Positions 19,827 to 29,574 of a stretch of DNA of 64,000 nt are shown here, one piece after another (within the stretch, counting starts at the first letter, position 1; every line of letters starts with the position of its first letter). The translations under genes were made by a program, and so were the position numbers. The stretch spans positions 1,810 to 65,809 of the forward strand of contig JAMIFV010000021.1 of NCBI GenBank assembly GCA_035906055.1, in the 5' to 3' direction. The notes beneath the pieces were generated by a model. It saw only the letters and a list, made by a program, of their open reading frames with translations. It had not been told where the DNA came from and made no database searches. This DNA is from Alphaproteobacteria bacterium. Its GTDB lineage: Bacteria > Pseudomonadota > Alphaproteobacteria > Rickettsiales > JABCZZ01.

Positions 19827-19854
19827 TTTATAGCGCATAGATCCTAAATTGCAA
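19827..19854 (-). promoter_or_regulatory. Putative sigma70 promoter for rplL
   Basis: Minus strand TTGCAA-N16-TATAAA. Confidence 0.55.
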
Positions 19855-20160
19855 AGGAAAATATTGGCTTTTAATGGACTTTTTTCAGCCAACTGAAACT
19901 CAAGGACAATTCAGGATTTCCAGCCCTTCTTTTCACCTTTTGTTGCACTGCCAGTGAGCACCCTTCCTGCAATGAAGAGTTAGCAACGCTCCAGCCCCCT
20001 CGACTTACGGCGGGGACTGGCAGGGTTCCCATGGTGTGCTTTACGCCGATCGGGATGGTTTGGATTACCGTAGACTCATGGTTGATAGCTGGATTAATAG
20101 TCCGTTCCTTTGTTTTTACTGCTCTGGTAATGCGGTTTATTGAATCCCTCCGGGTACATT

Positions 20161-20279
20161 CCCCGCCGCTTGCGGCGTGGAGGAGCCGAAGGCGACGACC
20201 CCTTTAGAGGGGGTAAGCGTTAGCGAAGGGGGATGTCTTCATCCCCCTTACACTTAATACCCCGCTGCTTGCGGCGGGG
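20161..20279. repeat. Composite palindromic element: 3'-UTR family copy flanked by two CCCCGCNGCTTGCGGCG palindromes
   Basis: ccccgccgcttgcggcg 20161-20177; gacgacccctttagaggggg 20194-20213; ccccgctgcttgcggcgggg 20260-20279. Confidence 0.7.
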
Positions 20280-20497
20280 TTGTTTATTTCCCAACGCCTT
20301 GCTTGTTGCGCCGCGGCTTCATAACGTACGCGCTCAATGGGAATTTTGTCGTATTGCAGGAACATAAAAAGCTCGTACCTTGTCTCTTTTACCGATGCTG
20401 GATGCAAGCTGAGGCTTCGCGTCTGCGGAATGTTCCCAACATCAAATTGACTATAAATATATCGCCAAATGATGTTTCTGGGAAGAAAGAGAGGCAA

Positions 20498-20533
20498 CAA
20501 AAAAGGCGGAAACCCAAGTTTCCGCCTTTTTTG
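20498..20533. terminator. Intrinsic terminator after rplJ
   Basis: caaaaaaggcggaaac-ccaa-gtttccgccttttttg perfect hairpin with T-tracts on both strands. Confidence 0.85.
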
Positions 20534-20550
20534 ATTGAGTCTGTGACTGC

Positions 20551-21066
20551 TTACGCAGCATCCTTGCGGGAGTGGGCGCCGATAACGCGGGCCACCTGAC
20601 CGCCCGGAGCCTGCAGGATGCTGGCGATCTTCTGGGCGGGAGCCTGCAGCAGGCCGATGATCTTGCCGCGCAGTTCGTCGAGCGAGGGCAGCTTGGACAG
20701 CGCGGTAACCGCATTGGAGTCCAGCAGGGTTTCGCCGAACGCACCGCCGAGCAGTACGAGCTTTTCGTTCGCTTTGGCGAACTCGGCGAGGATCTTGGCA
20801 ACCGCCACGGGGTCGCTGGAATAAGCGATAGCGGTGGGGCCTACGAACATGCCCGAGATGTTGTTGAACAGGGTGTCTTTAAGCGCAAGCTGGGTCAGCT
20901 TGTTCTTCGTCACCTTGAAGCCAGCGCCGGCCTTGCGCACTTTCACGCGCAGATCGGTGATCTCGGCAACGGTGAGGCCTTTGTAATGAGCCACCAGAAC
21001 GATGCTGGAAGCAGCGACGTTCCTGGAGAGGGTCTCAATGAATACTTTCTTCTCTTGGCGATCCAT
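20551..21066 (-). CDS. rplJ: 50S ribosomal protein L10
   Basis: MDRQEK, YKGLTVAEITDLR, KVTKNKL, LPSLDELRGKIIG. Confidence 0.97.
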   Translation of the reverse strand: MDRQEKKVFIETLSRNVAASSIVLVAHYKGLTVAEITDLRVKVRKAGAGFKVTKNKLTQLALKDTLFNNISGMFVGPTAIAYSSDPVAVAKILAEFAKANEKLVLLGGAFGETLLDSNAVTALSKLPSLDELRGKIIGLLQAPAQKIASILQAPGGQVARVIGAHSRKDAA

Positions 21067-21077
21067 AACTTCAATCC

Positions 21078-21818
21078 TTATGCGGCAGCGCTGAGGCTGG
21101 TGAGGTCAATCTTCACGCCGGCACCCATAGTGGTGGAGAGGCATACCTTCTTCAGGTATACGCCCTTGCTGCCGGAGGGCTTTGCTTTGTTCACGGCGTC
21201 GATGAACGCGCGGGCATTCTGCACGATAGCTTCTTCGCTGAAGCTTGCCTTGCCGATGCCGGCATGCACGATGCCTGCTTTTTCAATGCGGAATTCAACC
21301 TGGCCGCTCTTGGCTACCTTTACGGCTTCCGCTACGTTGGGGGTCACGGTGCCGAGCTTGGGGTTGGGCATGAGGCCGCGGGGGCCGAGAATCTTACCGA
21401 TCTTGCCTACCACGCCCATCATGTCGGGGGTGGCGATGCAGCGGTCGAAATTGATTTCACCCTTGAGCACTTTTTCTGCGAGGTCGTCACCGCCTACGAG
21501 GTCAGCGCCAGCCTTCTGCGCGTCAGCAGCCTTGTCGCCACGGGCGAACACGGCAACGCGGACGGTTTTACCGATGCCGTTGGGCATGGCCACCATGCCG
21601 CGCACCTGCTGGTCGGACTGCTTGGAGTCCACACCGAGGTTGCACACGATATCCACGGTCTCGTCGAACTTCGCCTTGGGAGAGCTCTTGAGCACCTTCA
21701 CCGCTTCCGCGAGCGTATAGGTGCGGGTGCGGTCAACCAGCTTGGCAGAGGCCGCATAACGCTTGCCGCCGATGGTCTTTTCTTTCTTTACCGCAGGTGC
21801 TTTTTCTTTTTTGGCCAT
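21078..21818 (-). CDS. rplA: 50S ribosomal protein L1
   Basis: [21 protein letters not shown]; short Lys-rich N-terminal extension. Confidence 0.98.
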   Translation of the reverse strand: MAKKEKAPAVKKEKTIGGKRYAASAKLVDRTRTYTLAEAVKVLKSSPKAKFDETVDIVCNLGVDSKQSDQQVRGMVAMPNGIGKTVRVAVFARGDKAADAQKAGADLVGGDDLAEKVLKGEINFDRCIATPDMMGVVGKIGKILGPRGLMPNPKLGTVTPNVAEAVKVAKSGQVEFRIEKAGIVHAGIGKASFSEEAIVQNARAFIDAVNKAKPSGSKGVYLKKVCLSTTMGAGVKIDLTSLSAAA

Positions 21819-21838
21819 AACTCAGTTCCTTTTATACC

Positions 21839-22285
21839 TTATGCGGCTTTGGGTTCGCCGGTTACTTCCAGACCCATGGCCAGCGCCGAACCGCGGAGCA
21901 TGCGGCAGGCTGCTTCTACGTCATGGGCATTGAGATCCTGCATCTTCACCTTGGCGATCTCACGCAGCTGATCCCAGCTTACTTTGCCAACAGTACCGCC
22001 CTTACCGGGGGTCTGCGAACCTTTTTCCAGCTTAGCGGCCTTCTTGAGGAAGTAGGACACGGGCGGGGTCTTGGTGATGAAGGAGAACGTACGATCGGCA
22101 TAAGCAGTGATCACCACGGGAATCGGCATGCCCGCTTCCATCTTCTGCGTGGCGGCATTGAACGCTTTGCAGAACTCCATGATGTTCAGGCCGCGCTGAC
22201 CGAGCGCCGGGCCAACCGGGGGAGACGGATTCGCCTTACCGGCGGGAATCTGTAACTTAATGTATCCTACTACTTTTTTAGCCAT
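21839..22285 (-). CDS. rplK: 50S ribosomal protein L11
   Basis: [22 protein letters not shown]. Confidence 0.98.
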   Translation of the reverse strand: MAKKVVGYIKLQIPAGKANPSPPVGPALGQRGLNIMEFCKAFNAATQKMEAGMPIPVVITAYADRTFSFITKTPPVSYFLKKAAKLEKGSQTPGKGGTVGKVSWDQLREIAKVKMQDLNAHDVEAACRMLRGSALAMGLEVTGEPKAA

Positions 22286-22316
22286 AACCGTGTGCTTTCT
22301 TAATCAAAGGGTGCGC

Positions 22317-22345
22317 TTTATACCGCCAAAACCTGCCTTCGGCAA
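22317..22345 (-). promoter_or_regulatory. Putative sigma70 promoter for rplKAJ
   Basis: Minus strand TTGCCG-N17-TATAAA in the nusG-rplK spacer. Confidence 0.6.
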
Positions 22346-22361
22346 GCAGAATCTTGACCTT

Positions 22362-22895
22362 TTATGATGCCTTTTCGACCTGCGTGAACTCCAGCTCCAC
22401 CGGCGTCGCGCGCCCGAAGATGGAAACGGCGACTTTCACGCGGTTTTTCTCGCTGTCCACCTCTTCCACCACGCCCACGAAAGACTCGAACGGGCCTTCG
22501 GTGACTTTCACCGATTCGCCCACTTCGTAAATGATGGAATTCTTCGGATGCTCTATGCCTTCCTTCACCTGACGGAAGATGGATTCCGCTTCGCTTTCGG
22601 AAATGGCCTGTGGACGGCCATTGCCGCCGAGGAAGCCGGTAACTTTCTGCGTGGTCTTCACCAGATGCCAGGTCTCGTCGCTCAGCTCCATTTTAATGAG
22701 CACATAGCCGGGGAAGAACTTGCGTTCCGCATTGGTCTTCTTGCCGCGGCGCACTTCCACCACTTCTTCGGTGGGCACCACGACCTCCTGGATCATCTCG
22801 GTGAGACCGTGCTGAGCAGCCTGCTCCTTGATGGACTGCGCCACCTTCTTTTCAAAGCCGGAATAGGCGTGAATGATATACCAGCGCATTGCCAT
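22362..22895 (-). CDS. nusG: Transcription termination/antitermination factor NusG
   Basis: WYIIHAYSGFE, FFPGYV, KOW GPFESF, IFGRATPVELEF. Confidence 0.98.
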   Translation of the reverse strand: MAMRWYIIHAYSGFEKKVAQSIKEQAAQHGLTEMIQEVVVPTEEVVEVRRGKKTNAERKFFPGYVLIKMELSDETWHLVKTTQKVTGFLGGNGRPQAISESEAESIFRQVKEGIEHPKNSIIYEVGESVKVTEGPFESFVGVVEEVDSEKNRVKVAVSIFGRATPVELEFTQVEKAS

Positions 22896-22906
22896 GGAGA
22901 ATTACC

Positions 22907-23116
22907 TTATAATCCCAAAATTGATTTGACTGCGAAGTTGATGAGGCTGTCCACGACCCAGAAGAAGAACGCGGAAATGAGCACCAGCAGCAGCACCATC
23001 CCCGTGGAAACCATGGTTTCCTTGCGTGTTGGCCATGTGACCTTGTTCACTTCCTGACGCACTTCGCGCAGGAATCTGGACGGGCTCGTTTTGGTTTTGG
23101 TTTTGCTCTCAGCCAT
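22907..23116 (-). CDS. secE: Preprotein translocase subunit SecE
   Basis: FLREVRQEVNKVTWPTRKET plus one TM; directly upstream of nusG. Confidence 0.95.
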   Translation of the reverse strand: MAESKTKTKTSPSRFLREVRQEVNKVTWPTRKETMVSTGMVLLLVLISAFFFWVVDSLINFAVKSILGL

Positions 23117-23138
23117 AAAGCCCCTTCAGGCAGTGTGG

Positions 23139-23438
23139 TTAGTTCTTCTTGTCTTCTTTTTTCTTTTCAGACTTCGCTTCGCCAGCAGGCGCAGCGGCAG
23201 CCTTGGGAGCGGCAGCGCCACCCTTCACATCCAGGAAAGCAAACTTGTTATTGAACTTTTCCATCTGACCGGTCTTGCGCAGCTGCGCACCGCCAACCCA
23301 TGCCGGATGGGTCTTGGGGTCTACGTCAAGCTGCAGCACGTCGCCTTCCTTACCCCAGGTGGAACGGGTCTGGTAGGTGGTGCCATCCGTCATTTTAACG
23401 GTAATGGTGTGGTAATCGGGGTGAATCTTGGCCTTCAT
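23139..23438 (-). CDS. rpmE: 50S ribosomal protein L31 (Zn-free type) with Ala/Lys-rich tail
   Basis: [23 protein letters not shown]; no Cys. Confidence 0.95.
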   Translation of the reverse strand: MKAKIHPDYHTITVKMTDGTTYQTRSTWGKEGDVLQLDVDPKTHPAWVGGAQLRKTGQMEKFNNKFAFLDVKGGAAAPKAAAAPAGEAKSEKKKEDKKN

Positions 23439-23512
23439 AACGTCCTCGCATACGATGCTTATATATAAGGGGGTGCTAATTATCGTAAAGCAGGCTGTAA
23501 GGCAAGGGGTAA

Positions 23513-23627
23513 TTCGTTGTTCGTTGTTCGTTGTTCATTGTTCGCGCGCACCGGAAGGTGGCATATCCATATAAAGTACTATTTATACAAAATAATTCTA
23601 ACAACGAAGAACTAACAACCAACAACG
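23513..23627 (-). repeat. Heptamer-period inverted repeat at the thiD 3' end (GTTG/CAAC flavour)
   Basis: ttcgttg x3 + ttcattg + ttcg (23513-23544) versus aacaacg-aagaact-aacaacc-aacaacg (23600-23627); the latter includes the last thiD codons and stop. Confidence 0.88.
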
Positions 23628-24424
23628 TGATGATTGAGGGGCCCGTGCCCTTTTCCCAGCCCCGGCGCGGTGCGTATGGCTTCATGCACATATGCCCTTG
23701 CCCGCTCCACCGCCTTTTTCAGTTCCAGCCCCTGCGCCAGGCCGGTCGCGATAGCGGAAGCGAGCGTGCAGCCCGTGCCGTGCGTATGCAAGGTATGGAT
23801 GCGGGGGGAAGAGAACGTGATAAGTGGCACGTGGCACGTGGCAAGAACATCTGTGACGATATCGCCCCGTAAATGCCCCCCCTTGAGCAATACAGACTTA
23901 GCACCTAAAGTGAGCAGAGACTGCGCTAACATTTCCATTTCCTTACCACTTGCCACGTGCCACCTGCCACCACTTAGGAGTTCCGCTTCCGGTATGTTAG
24001 GGGTAAGAACCGCCGCCTTCGGGATCAGCCGCGTTTTCAGGGCTTCCAGAGCCTCCTGCTGAAGCAGTGGTGCGCCGCCCTTGGCTACCATCACGGGGTC
24101 AAGCACAAGCGGAATGGCCGGGTAATCATCCAATACTTTTGCCACCGTGTTGATGACCCCGGCACTATGCAGCATGCCGGTCTTGATGCAGTCCGCGCCG
24201 ATATCCTCCAGCACCAGCCGCATCTGCTGCTCTAAAAAAGCCGTGGGCACCTCATGGATGCCAAAAACCCCGTGGCTGTTCTGGGCGGTGAGTGCCGTTA
24301 CAGCCGTGGCGGCATAGCCCCCAAGCATGGTTATAGTCTTGATATCCCCCTGAATTCCGGCTCCTCCGCCCGAATCCGACCCGGCAACGACCAATACCCT
24401 GCCCGCCAATTTTTTCTCGTTCAT
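23612..24424 (-). CDS. thiD: Hydroxymethylpyrimidine/phosphomethylpyrimidine kinase ThiD
   Basis: AGSDSGGGAGIQGD, DPVMVAKGG, TPNIPEAE, KGGH, HTHGTGCTLASA; ATG 24424 has aaggaa SD. Confidence 0.96.
   Translation of the reverse strand: MNEKKLAGRVLVVAGSDSGGGAGIQGDIKTITMLGGYAATAVTALTAQNSHGVFGIHEVPTAFLEQQMRLVLEDIGADCIKTGMLHSAGVINTVAKVLDDYPAIPLVLDPVMVAKGGAPLLQQEALEALKTRLIPKAAVLTPNIPEAELLSGGRWHVASGKEMEMLAQSLLTLGAKSVLLKGGHLRGDIVTDVLATCHVPLITFSSPRIHTLHTHGTGCTLASAIATGLAQGLELKKAVERARAYVHEAIRTAPGLGKGHGPLNHHVVGC
23817..23970 (-). repeat. In-frame inverted heptamer arms inside thiD (GTGGCA/TGCCAC flavour)
   Basis: gtgataa-gtggcac-gtggcac-gtggcaa (23817-23844) and ttaccac-ttgccac-gtgccac-ctgccac (23943-23970). 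Confidence 0.9.
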
Positions 24425-24488
24425 TGTCATTATTCCTTCACAAAACTGTGTTACACTTATCCGGTTATAGGGTAAATACCGTATTATT

Positions 24489-25523
24489 ATGGCCAGCCGC
24501 GAAGAAGATATTACACAAATTGCTGACAAGCTGCCGCCCAACGAGCGCGTTGCTCGCGAGACGCAGCTTGACGCCGCTATGGGCCAGCTCGATAAAATCA
24601 CCGGTTATACAATCTCTCCCGACTCCGACGTCCCTGAACCCGTGCGCCAGTTGCGCAAAATCCTGAAGCCAGACAACGCAACGCTACACGTACCTGAAGG
24701 CACGCCGCCGGAACTGGCAGACGCGGTGCGGAAACAGTTCGAGGCGAGCAAAGCGCCGCAGCAGCCCGCTAAGCAGGAAGGCTTTTTCACCCGGATGGCC
24801 ACGCAGCTTTACGATGGCCTGCCTGCGGACGAGCGAGGCGCCCTGCTTGGTTCAGACGAAGAACGCACCAACGCTATCCAGAAAGCAATCAACCGGCATG
24901 CCGAAGATGTCGCACGCCAGATGGAAGCTTTGGGAAGAAGGCAGCAGCCGGATGCCGAACGGCACCGCCCCCTCCCGCGCACGCAGGACGGCGAACAGCC
25001 GCCGAAACCCAAAAAGATGATGGGCGAACCGGAAGCAGGGCTTTCAATACCCGACCGCGCCGCTGCCACTTCTTCAGGACAACCCGATGCCGGTGTTGAA
25101 GAAAAAGGCCGCCGCGCCTCGCGCACACAGGGCTACATGCCACCGGAAGTGGCCGCAATGATGGCCGCGCTGGAAGCCTACAAGCAGTTAGGCCCTAAAA
25201 TGGCGGAACGCCTCCCGGGATTAATCGGAGATATTCTAAAAGGTACTGCTGAGGGCAAGCAATACGAACGCGCCACTCCGCCGGACGCCAGCTCCGTACC
25301 CCATATCGACGGCACAAAGAAAGGTTTCTCTATACCCGGCATTGATCATGCAACGCTTGCTGCTAAAACGGAAGAAGTACGCAGGGGCCTTCAGGAGCAC
25401 ATTAAAGGCGGCGATTCATCGCCTGGCGCTGAAGCTGCAATGCGAGCGCAGGAACTCATTCTGAAAATGAATGCACGAAGCATGGGCGGGCCTGCCATGA
25501 GCGGAGGCGGCAAACAGCCGTAA
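24489..25523 (+). CDS. Hypothetical protein (344 aa, hydrophilic, Pro/Ala/Gln/Glu-rich)
   Basis: Long ORF divergent from thiD; no family recognised. Confidence 0.7.
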   Translation: MASREEDITQIADKLPPNERVARETQLDAAMGQLDKITGYTISPDSDVPEPVRQLRKILKPDNATLHVPEGTPPELADAVRKQFEASKAPQQPAKQEGFFTRMATQLYDGLPADERGALLGSDEERTNAIQKAINRHAEDVARQMEALGRRQQPDAERHRPLPRTQDGEQPPKPKKMMGEPEAGLSIPDRAAATSSGQPDAGVEEKGRRASRTQGYMPPEVAAMMAALEAYKQLGPKMAERLPGLIGDILKGTAEGKQYERATPPDASSVPHIDGTKKGFSIPGIDHATLAAKTEEVRRGLQEHIKGGDSSPGAEAAMRAQELILKMNARSMGGPAMSGGGKQP

Positions 25524-25545
25524 TTACAGTAATCTATACATTGCC

Positions 25546-25645
25546 GTCATTCCCGCCAAGTCCTTAAAACAAAGTGGGTGGGAATCCAGATATTTCTTTG
25601 CGATGCTTTCGCATCGCGCTGGATGCCCGTTTACACGGGCATGAC
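25546..25645. repeat. REP-like palindrome (GTCATTCCCG...GGGAATCCA / TGGATGCCCG...CGGGCATGAC)
   Basis: GTCAT...ATGAC-bounded double hairpin between convergent genes. Confidence 0.75.
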
Positions 25646-25655
25646 AAGAAAGAGA

Positions 25656-27008
25656 TCAGGCGGCAGCCTTATTCACCGCCGCCGCAATCGAGTCGATCAG
25701 CTTTTTGATTTCCGCTTCGCTTTCACCTTCCGCCATGATGCGGATCAGCGGCTCCGTGCCGGATTTGCGCACCAGCACCCTGCCCTTGCCGGAAAGCGCT
25801 GAAGAGGCGGCCTCTATCGCCGCTTTCACCTCTTTATGCTCCAGCGGCGAGTTGCCCGCCTTGTAGCGCACGTTGTGCAATATCTGCGGCAGCGGCGCAA
25901 AACGCCTGCCCGCCTCGCTCATCGGCCTTTTTTCTTCCAGCATCACGGCAATGGCCTGAAGTGCCGCCACAAGCCCGTCGCCGGTTGACGCATAATCACT
26001 GAGTATCACATGGCCGGATTGCTCGCCGCCCACGTTATAGCCGCCCTCGCGCATGGCCTCGCCCACATAGCGGTCGCCCACTTTGGTGCGCACGAGGCTA
26101 AGCCCGTGCGTGTGGAGATGGCGCTCAAGGCCGAGGTTGGACATATCGGTGGCCACCAGCCCGCGCCCTTTGAGCATGCCTGCCTTGTGCCATGCCACCA
26201 CGATCATCGCCATGAGCTGGTCGCCGTCGAGCACCTGCCCTTTTTCATCGCAGAGGATGACGCGGTCGGCGTCGCCGTCCAGCGCGATGCCCAGATGCGC
26301 GCCGTGGGAAACGACGCTTTCGCACATGAGCGCGGTGTGGGTGGAACCGCAATCGCGGTTGATGTTGAAACCGTCCGGATTAACGCCAAGCGGTATCACT
26401 TCCGCACCCAGCTCGAACAACACAGCGGGGGCGATGTGATAGGCAGCGCCATGTGCGCAATCCACGACTATTTTAAGCCCGTCAAGGCGCAAATGGCGCG
26501 GGAAGGTGTTCTTCACGAATTCGATGTAGCGCCCCGCCGCGTCGTCCAGCCTCTTGGCGCGGCCAAGCTTGTCCGGCGTGGCAAGGGTGATGCCGCTATC
26601 GTCCTGCATCAGCGCTTCGATAGCATGTTCCGTCACGTCGGAAAGCTTCTCGCCTTCCGGCCCGAAAAGCTTGATGCCGTTATCGTAATAGGGGTTATGG
26701 GAGGCGGAGATCATCACGCCCAGATCCGCGCGCAAACTACGCGTGAGCATGGCAACGGCGGGCGTAGGCAGGGGGCCTACCAGCACCACGTCCATGCCCA
26801 CAGCAATGAAACCGGCGGTGAGCGCGGGTTCGATCATGTAACCGGACAGGCGCGTATCCTTGGCGATGATGACGCGGTGGCGGTGATCGCCGCGCAGGAA
26901 CATCTGACCGGCGGCCTTGCCCAGTTTCAGGGCGATATCCGCCGTCATCGGCTCGGCGTTCGCTTTGCCCCTGATGCCATCCGTGCCGAAATAGACGCGC
27001 TCTTTCAT
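25656..27008 (-). CDS. glmM: Phosphoglucosamine mutase
   Basis: [40 protein letters not shown]. Confidence 0.98.
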   Translation of the reverse strand: MKERVYFGTDGIRGKANAEPMTADIALKLGKAAGQMFLRGDHRHRVIIAKDTRLSGYMIEPALTAGFIAVGMDVVLVGPLPTPAVAMLTRSLRADLGVMISASHNPYYDNGIKLFGPEGEKLSDVTEHAIEALMQDDSGITLATPDKLGRAKRLDDAAGRYIEFVKNTFPRHLRLDGLKIVVDCAHGAAYHIAPAVLFELGAEVIPLGVNPDGFNINRDCGSTHTALMCESVVSHGAHLGIALDGDADRVILCDEKGQVLDGDQLMAMIVVAWHKAGMLKGRGLVATDMSNLGLERHLHTHGLSLVRTKVGDRYVGEAMREGGYNVGGEQSGHVILSDYASTGDGLVAALQAIAVMLEEKRPMSEAGRRFAPLPQILHNVRYKAGNSPLEHKEVKAAIEAASSALSGKGRVLVRKSGTEPLIRIMAEGESEAEIKKLIDSIAAAVNKAAA

Positions 27009-27144
27009 AACTGCTCCCCGATGTTTATGGGAACCTTATAACACAGGCATTGGGGAGGCCAAATTACAAACTGGTAACTGTTTTGCAATGCGGGAAAAGC
27101 ATACACTCTGCTCAAGGCAATAAAAGTAACCAAGGAGGATAATC

Positions 27145-27372
27145 ATGAAGCTTAAATTAGTCATTTGCGCCTTGGCGGTTGCCAGCCTGTCAGGCTGCTA
27201 TGTGGCTCCCTATCCGGCGCCTGTAGCCCGTGGCGGTGCCGTGTATGTGGAACAACCCACCTATTATTACCCGCAGCAACGCTATCGCACATACGCAACA
27301 CCGGGATATTACTACCCTGCACCCGCTTATTACTATGGCAGGCCGGATCACCCTCACAGGCGTCGTCACTAA
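27145..27372 (+). CDS. Small Pro/Tyr-rich lipoprotein
   Basis: SD aaggagg; lipobox LSGC after a hydrophobic stretch. Confidence 0.8.
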   Translation: MKLKLVICALAVASLSGCYVAPYPAPVARGGAVYVEQPTYYYPQQRYRTYATPGYYYPAPAYYYGRPDHPHRRRH

Positions 27373-27402
27373 AAACGGAATATAGCTTATTGCGTAGCGT
27401 CG

Positions 27403-27480
27403 CCGCATGCGAAGAGGAGCTCTATCGCAACGACCCCGCGAAGCGAGGGGGAGCGGTAGCGGGGGCGGAACGCCCCCTAG
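27403..27480. repeat. 3'-UTR repeat family copy (sense to ftsH)
   Basis: Reverse complement gggggcgttccgcccccgctaccgctccccctcgcttcgcggggtcgttg...ctcctc matches the 3101 copy. Confidence 0.7.
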
Positions 27481-27489
27481 CATAAGAGC

Positions 27490-29430
27490 TTAGGCCGTAA
27501 CAGGATCGCCGCCGGTTGGGCTTTCAGGCTTCTTGCGGCTGGAAGGCACCGACGACTTGGTGGACACTTTGGAGCCACCGTCGCCGCCTTCATTCCTGCC
27601 GCCCCACTCGCCTTTCATGATGGCGTTGATATCGTCGCCTGAGAGCGTTTCATACTCAAGCAGGTTGCGTGCGATGCCGTGCAACTGTTCGATGTTCTCG
27701 GTAAGCAGCTGCTTGGCCTTTGCATGCGCGCCTTCCACGATACCGCGCACTTCTTCATCAATCACCGCCTCGGTCTTGCTGGACGCGGGAGATTTACCGG
27801 AACCGGAATACATGTCGCCGCGCTGGTCGTCGCCGTAATAAAGCGGCCCGAGCTTGTCGCTCATGCCCCACTCGGTTACCATCGCGCGAGCCAGACGCGT
27901 TGCGTATTTGATGTCGGATGACGCACCGCTGGACACTTTATCATGCCCGAAGATAATCTCTTCCGCCACGCGGCCACCCATGGCGATGGCAAGGTCGGCA
28001 TACATCTTTTCGCGCAGGTAGGAGAGCTTGTCCGCTTCCGGCAGGCGCATCACCATGCCCAGCGCGCGCCCGCGCGGGATAATGGTAGCCTTGTGCACAG
28101 GATCAGCCGCCGGTGAATGCATCGACACCAGCGCATGGCCTGCTTCGTGATACGCGGTCATTTTCTTTTCCGCTTCGCTGATGACCATGGATTTGCGTTC
28201 CGCACCCATCATCACCTTGTCTTTGGCAGCTTCGAGTTCCTTCATCGTCACCACCTTCTTGCCTGCGCGGGCGGCAAGCAGCGCCGCCTCGTTCACAAGA
28301 TTGGCAAGGTCGGCACCGGAGAAACCGGGCGTGCCGCGCGCAAGCGTGCGCGCCACCACGTCAGGCGCGAGGGGAACTTTTTTCAGATGCACGCTGAGCA
28401 CTTTTTCACGGCCCGTGATATCAGGGTTGGGCACATGGATCTGGCGGTCGAAACGGCCGGGGCGCAGCAGCGCGGGGTCGAGCACGTCAGGGCGGTTGGT
28501 GGCTGCCACGATGATGACGCCTTCATTGGCCTCGAACCCGTCCATCTCCACCAGCAGCTGGTTGAGGGTCTGTTCGCGTTCGTCGTTACCGCCGCCAAGG
28601 CCGATGCCGCGATGGCGGCCTACCGCGTCAATTTCGTCGATGAAGATAATACAGGGAGCATTCTTTTTTCCCTGCTCGAACATGTCGCGCACGCGGCTTG
28701 CACCCACGCCCACGAACATTTCCACGAAGTCGGAACCGGAAATGGTGAAGAACGGCACGCCCGCTTCGCCTGCGATGGCGCGCGCGAGCAGCGTCTTACC
28801 GGTACCCGGAGGGCCGATGAGCAGGCAGCCTTTGGGGATCTTGCCGCCGAGTTTCTGGAATTTCTGCGGGTCTTTGAGGAAATCCACGATTTCGGCCAGC
28901 TCTTCCTTGGCCTCGTCGATACCGGCCACGTCTTCAAACGTCACCTTGCCGAGTTTTTCAGTGAGCAGGCGCGCGCGCGATTTGCCAAAGCCCATGGCAC
29001 CCCCACGCCCCCCCTCACCCATCTGCATGCGGCGCATGATGAAGATATAGATACCGATAAAAATGAATATCGGCAGCCAGAAGCTCAGCATGTTGGTGAT
29101 GAACACGTCGATGCCGGAATTTTCCGGCGTGGCGGAAACCTTGACGTTTTTCTGGGTCAGCACTTCCACCAGCGCGGGGTAATCGGGCGCATAGGTTACG
29201 AATTTCTCACCGGACTTGAATGTGCCGCCGATCGTGGTGCTGGGGGCATCGGGCATCTTGCGGATGGTGACATCGGACACATCGCCCGCATTCACACGCG
29301 TAAGAAATTCGCTGAAGGCAAGCTTGCCTTTCACGTTGGCGTCGTTATTGCCCTGGAACAGCATCGCCATCAGCAGAACGGCACCGGCTATCACCAGCCA
29401 GATGGAAACATTGCGCGAGAAATTAGGCAT
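27490..29430 (-). CDS. ftsH: ATP-dependent zinc metalloprotease FtsH
   Basis: [20 protein letters not shown]. Confidence 0.99.
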   Translation of the reverse strand: MPNFSRNVSIWLVIAGAVLLMAMLFQGNNDANVKGKLAFSEFLTRVNAGDVSDVTIRKMPDAPSTTIGGTFKSGEKFVTYAPDYPALVEVLTQKNVKVSATPENSGIDVFITNMLSFWLPIFIFIGIYIFIMRRMQMGEGGRGGAMGFGKSRARLLTEKLGKVTFEDVAGIDEAKEELAEIVDFLKDPQKFQKLGGKIPKGCLLIGPPGTGKTLLARAIAGEAGVPFFTISGSDFVEMFVGVGASRVRDMFEQGKKNAPCIIFIDEIDAVGRHRGIGLGGGNDEREQTLNQLLVEMDGFEANEGVIIVAATNRPDVLDPALLRPGRFDRQIHVPNPDITGREKVLSVHLKKVPLAPDVVARTLARGTPGFSGADLANLVNEAALLAARAGKKVVTMKELEAAKDKVMMGAERKSMVISEAEKKMTAYHEAGHALVSMHSPAADPVHKATIIPRGRALGMVMRLPEADKLSYLREKMYADLAIAMGGRVAEEIIFGHDKVSSGASSDIKYATRLARAMVTEWGMSDKLGPLYYGDDQRGDMYSGSGKSPASSKTEAVIDEEVRGIVEGAHAKAKQLLTENIEQLHGIARNLLEYETLSGDDINAIMKGEWGGRNEGGDGGSKVSTKSSVPSSRKKPESPTGGDPVTA

Positions 29431-29574
29431 AGGGTGACTCTCTATATTATGGGAGCTGCGGGACTATGATGGTATATAGGTGGATAATACCACTTTGTCA
29501 TCCCCTTAGGGAAAAAATGATGCAGGTATGCCTAAGCCATTGCGGCCACTTATTCTATCGCTATAGTGCGCAGC

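Noticed and set aside
20204-20599. ORFs 20204..20500 (-) and 20303..20599 (+) as genes
   Set aside because: They overlap a terminator, repeats or rplJ, lack good starts and match no motif I recognise; the region is kept only as an unexplained insert.
23117-23138. Expected tRNA-Trp upstream of secE
   Set aside because: Only 22 nt are available; no cloverleaf was seen here or in any other spacer of the window.
23531-23872. Small ORFs created by repeats (23531..23872, 23476..23691, 41670..42143, 52248..52472)
   Set aside because: Their sequences are translations of the repeat arms or antisense of real genes; no SD or family evidence.
23845-23942. thiD segment between the in-frame arms as an intron or excised IVS
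   Set aside because: It encodes the conserved KGGH motif needed by ThiD, and protein length is normal only with it included.
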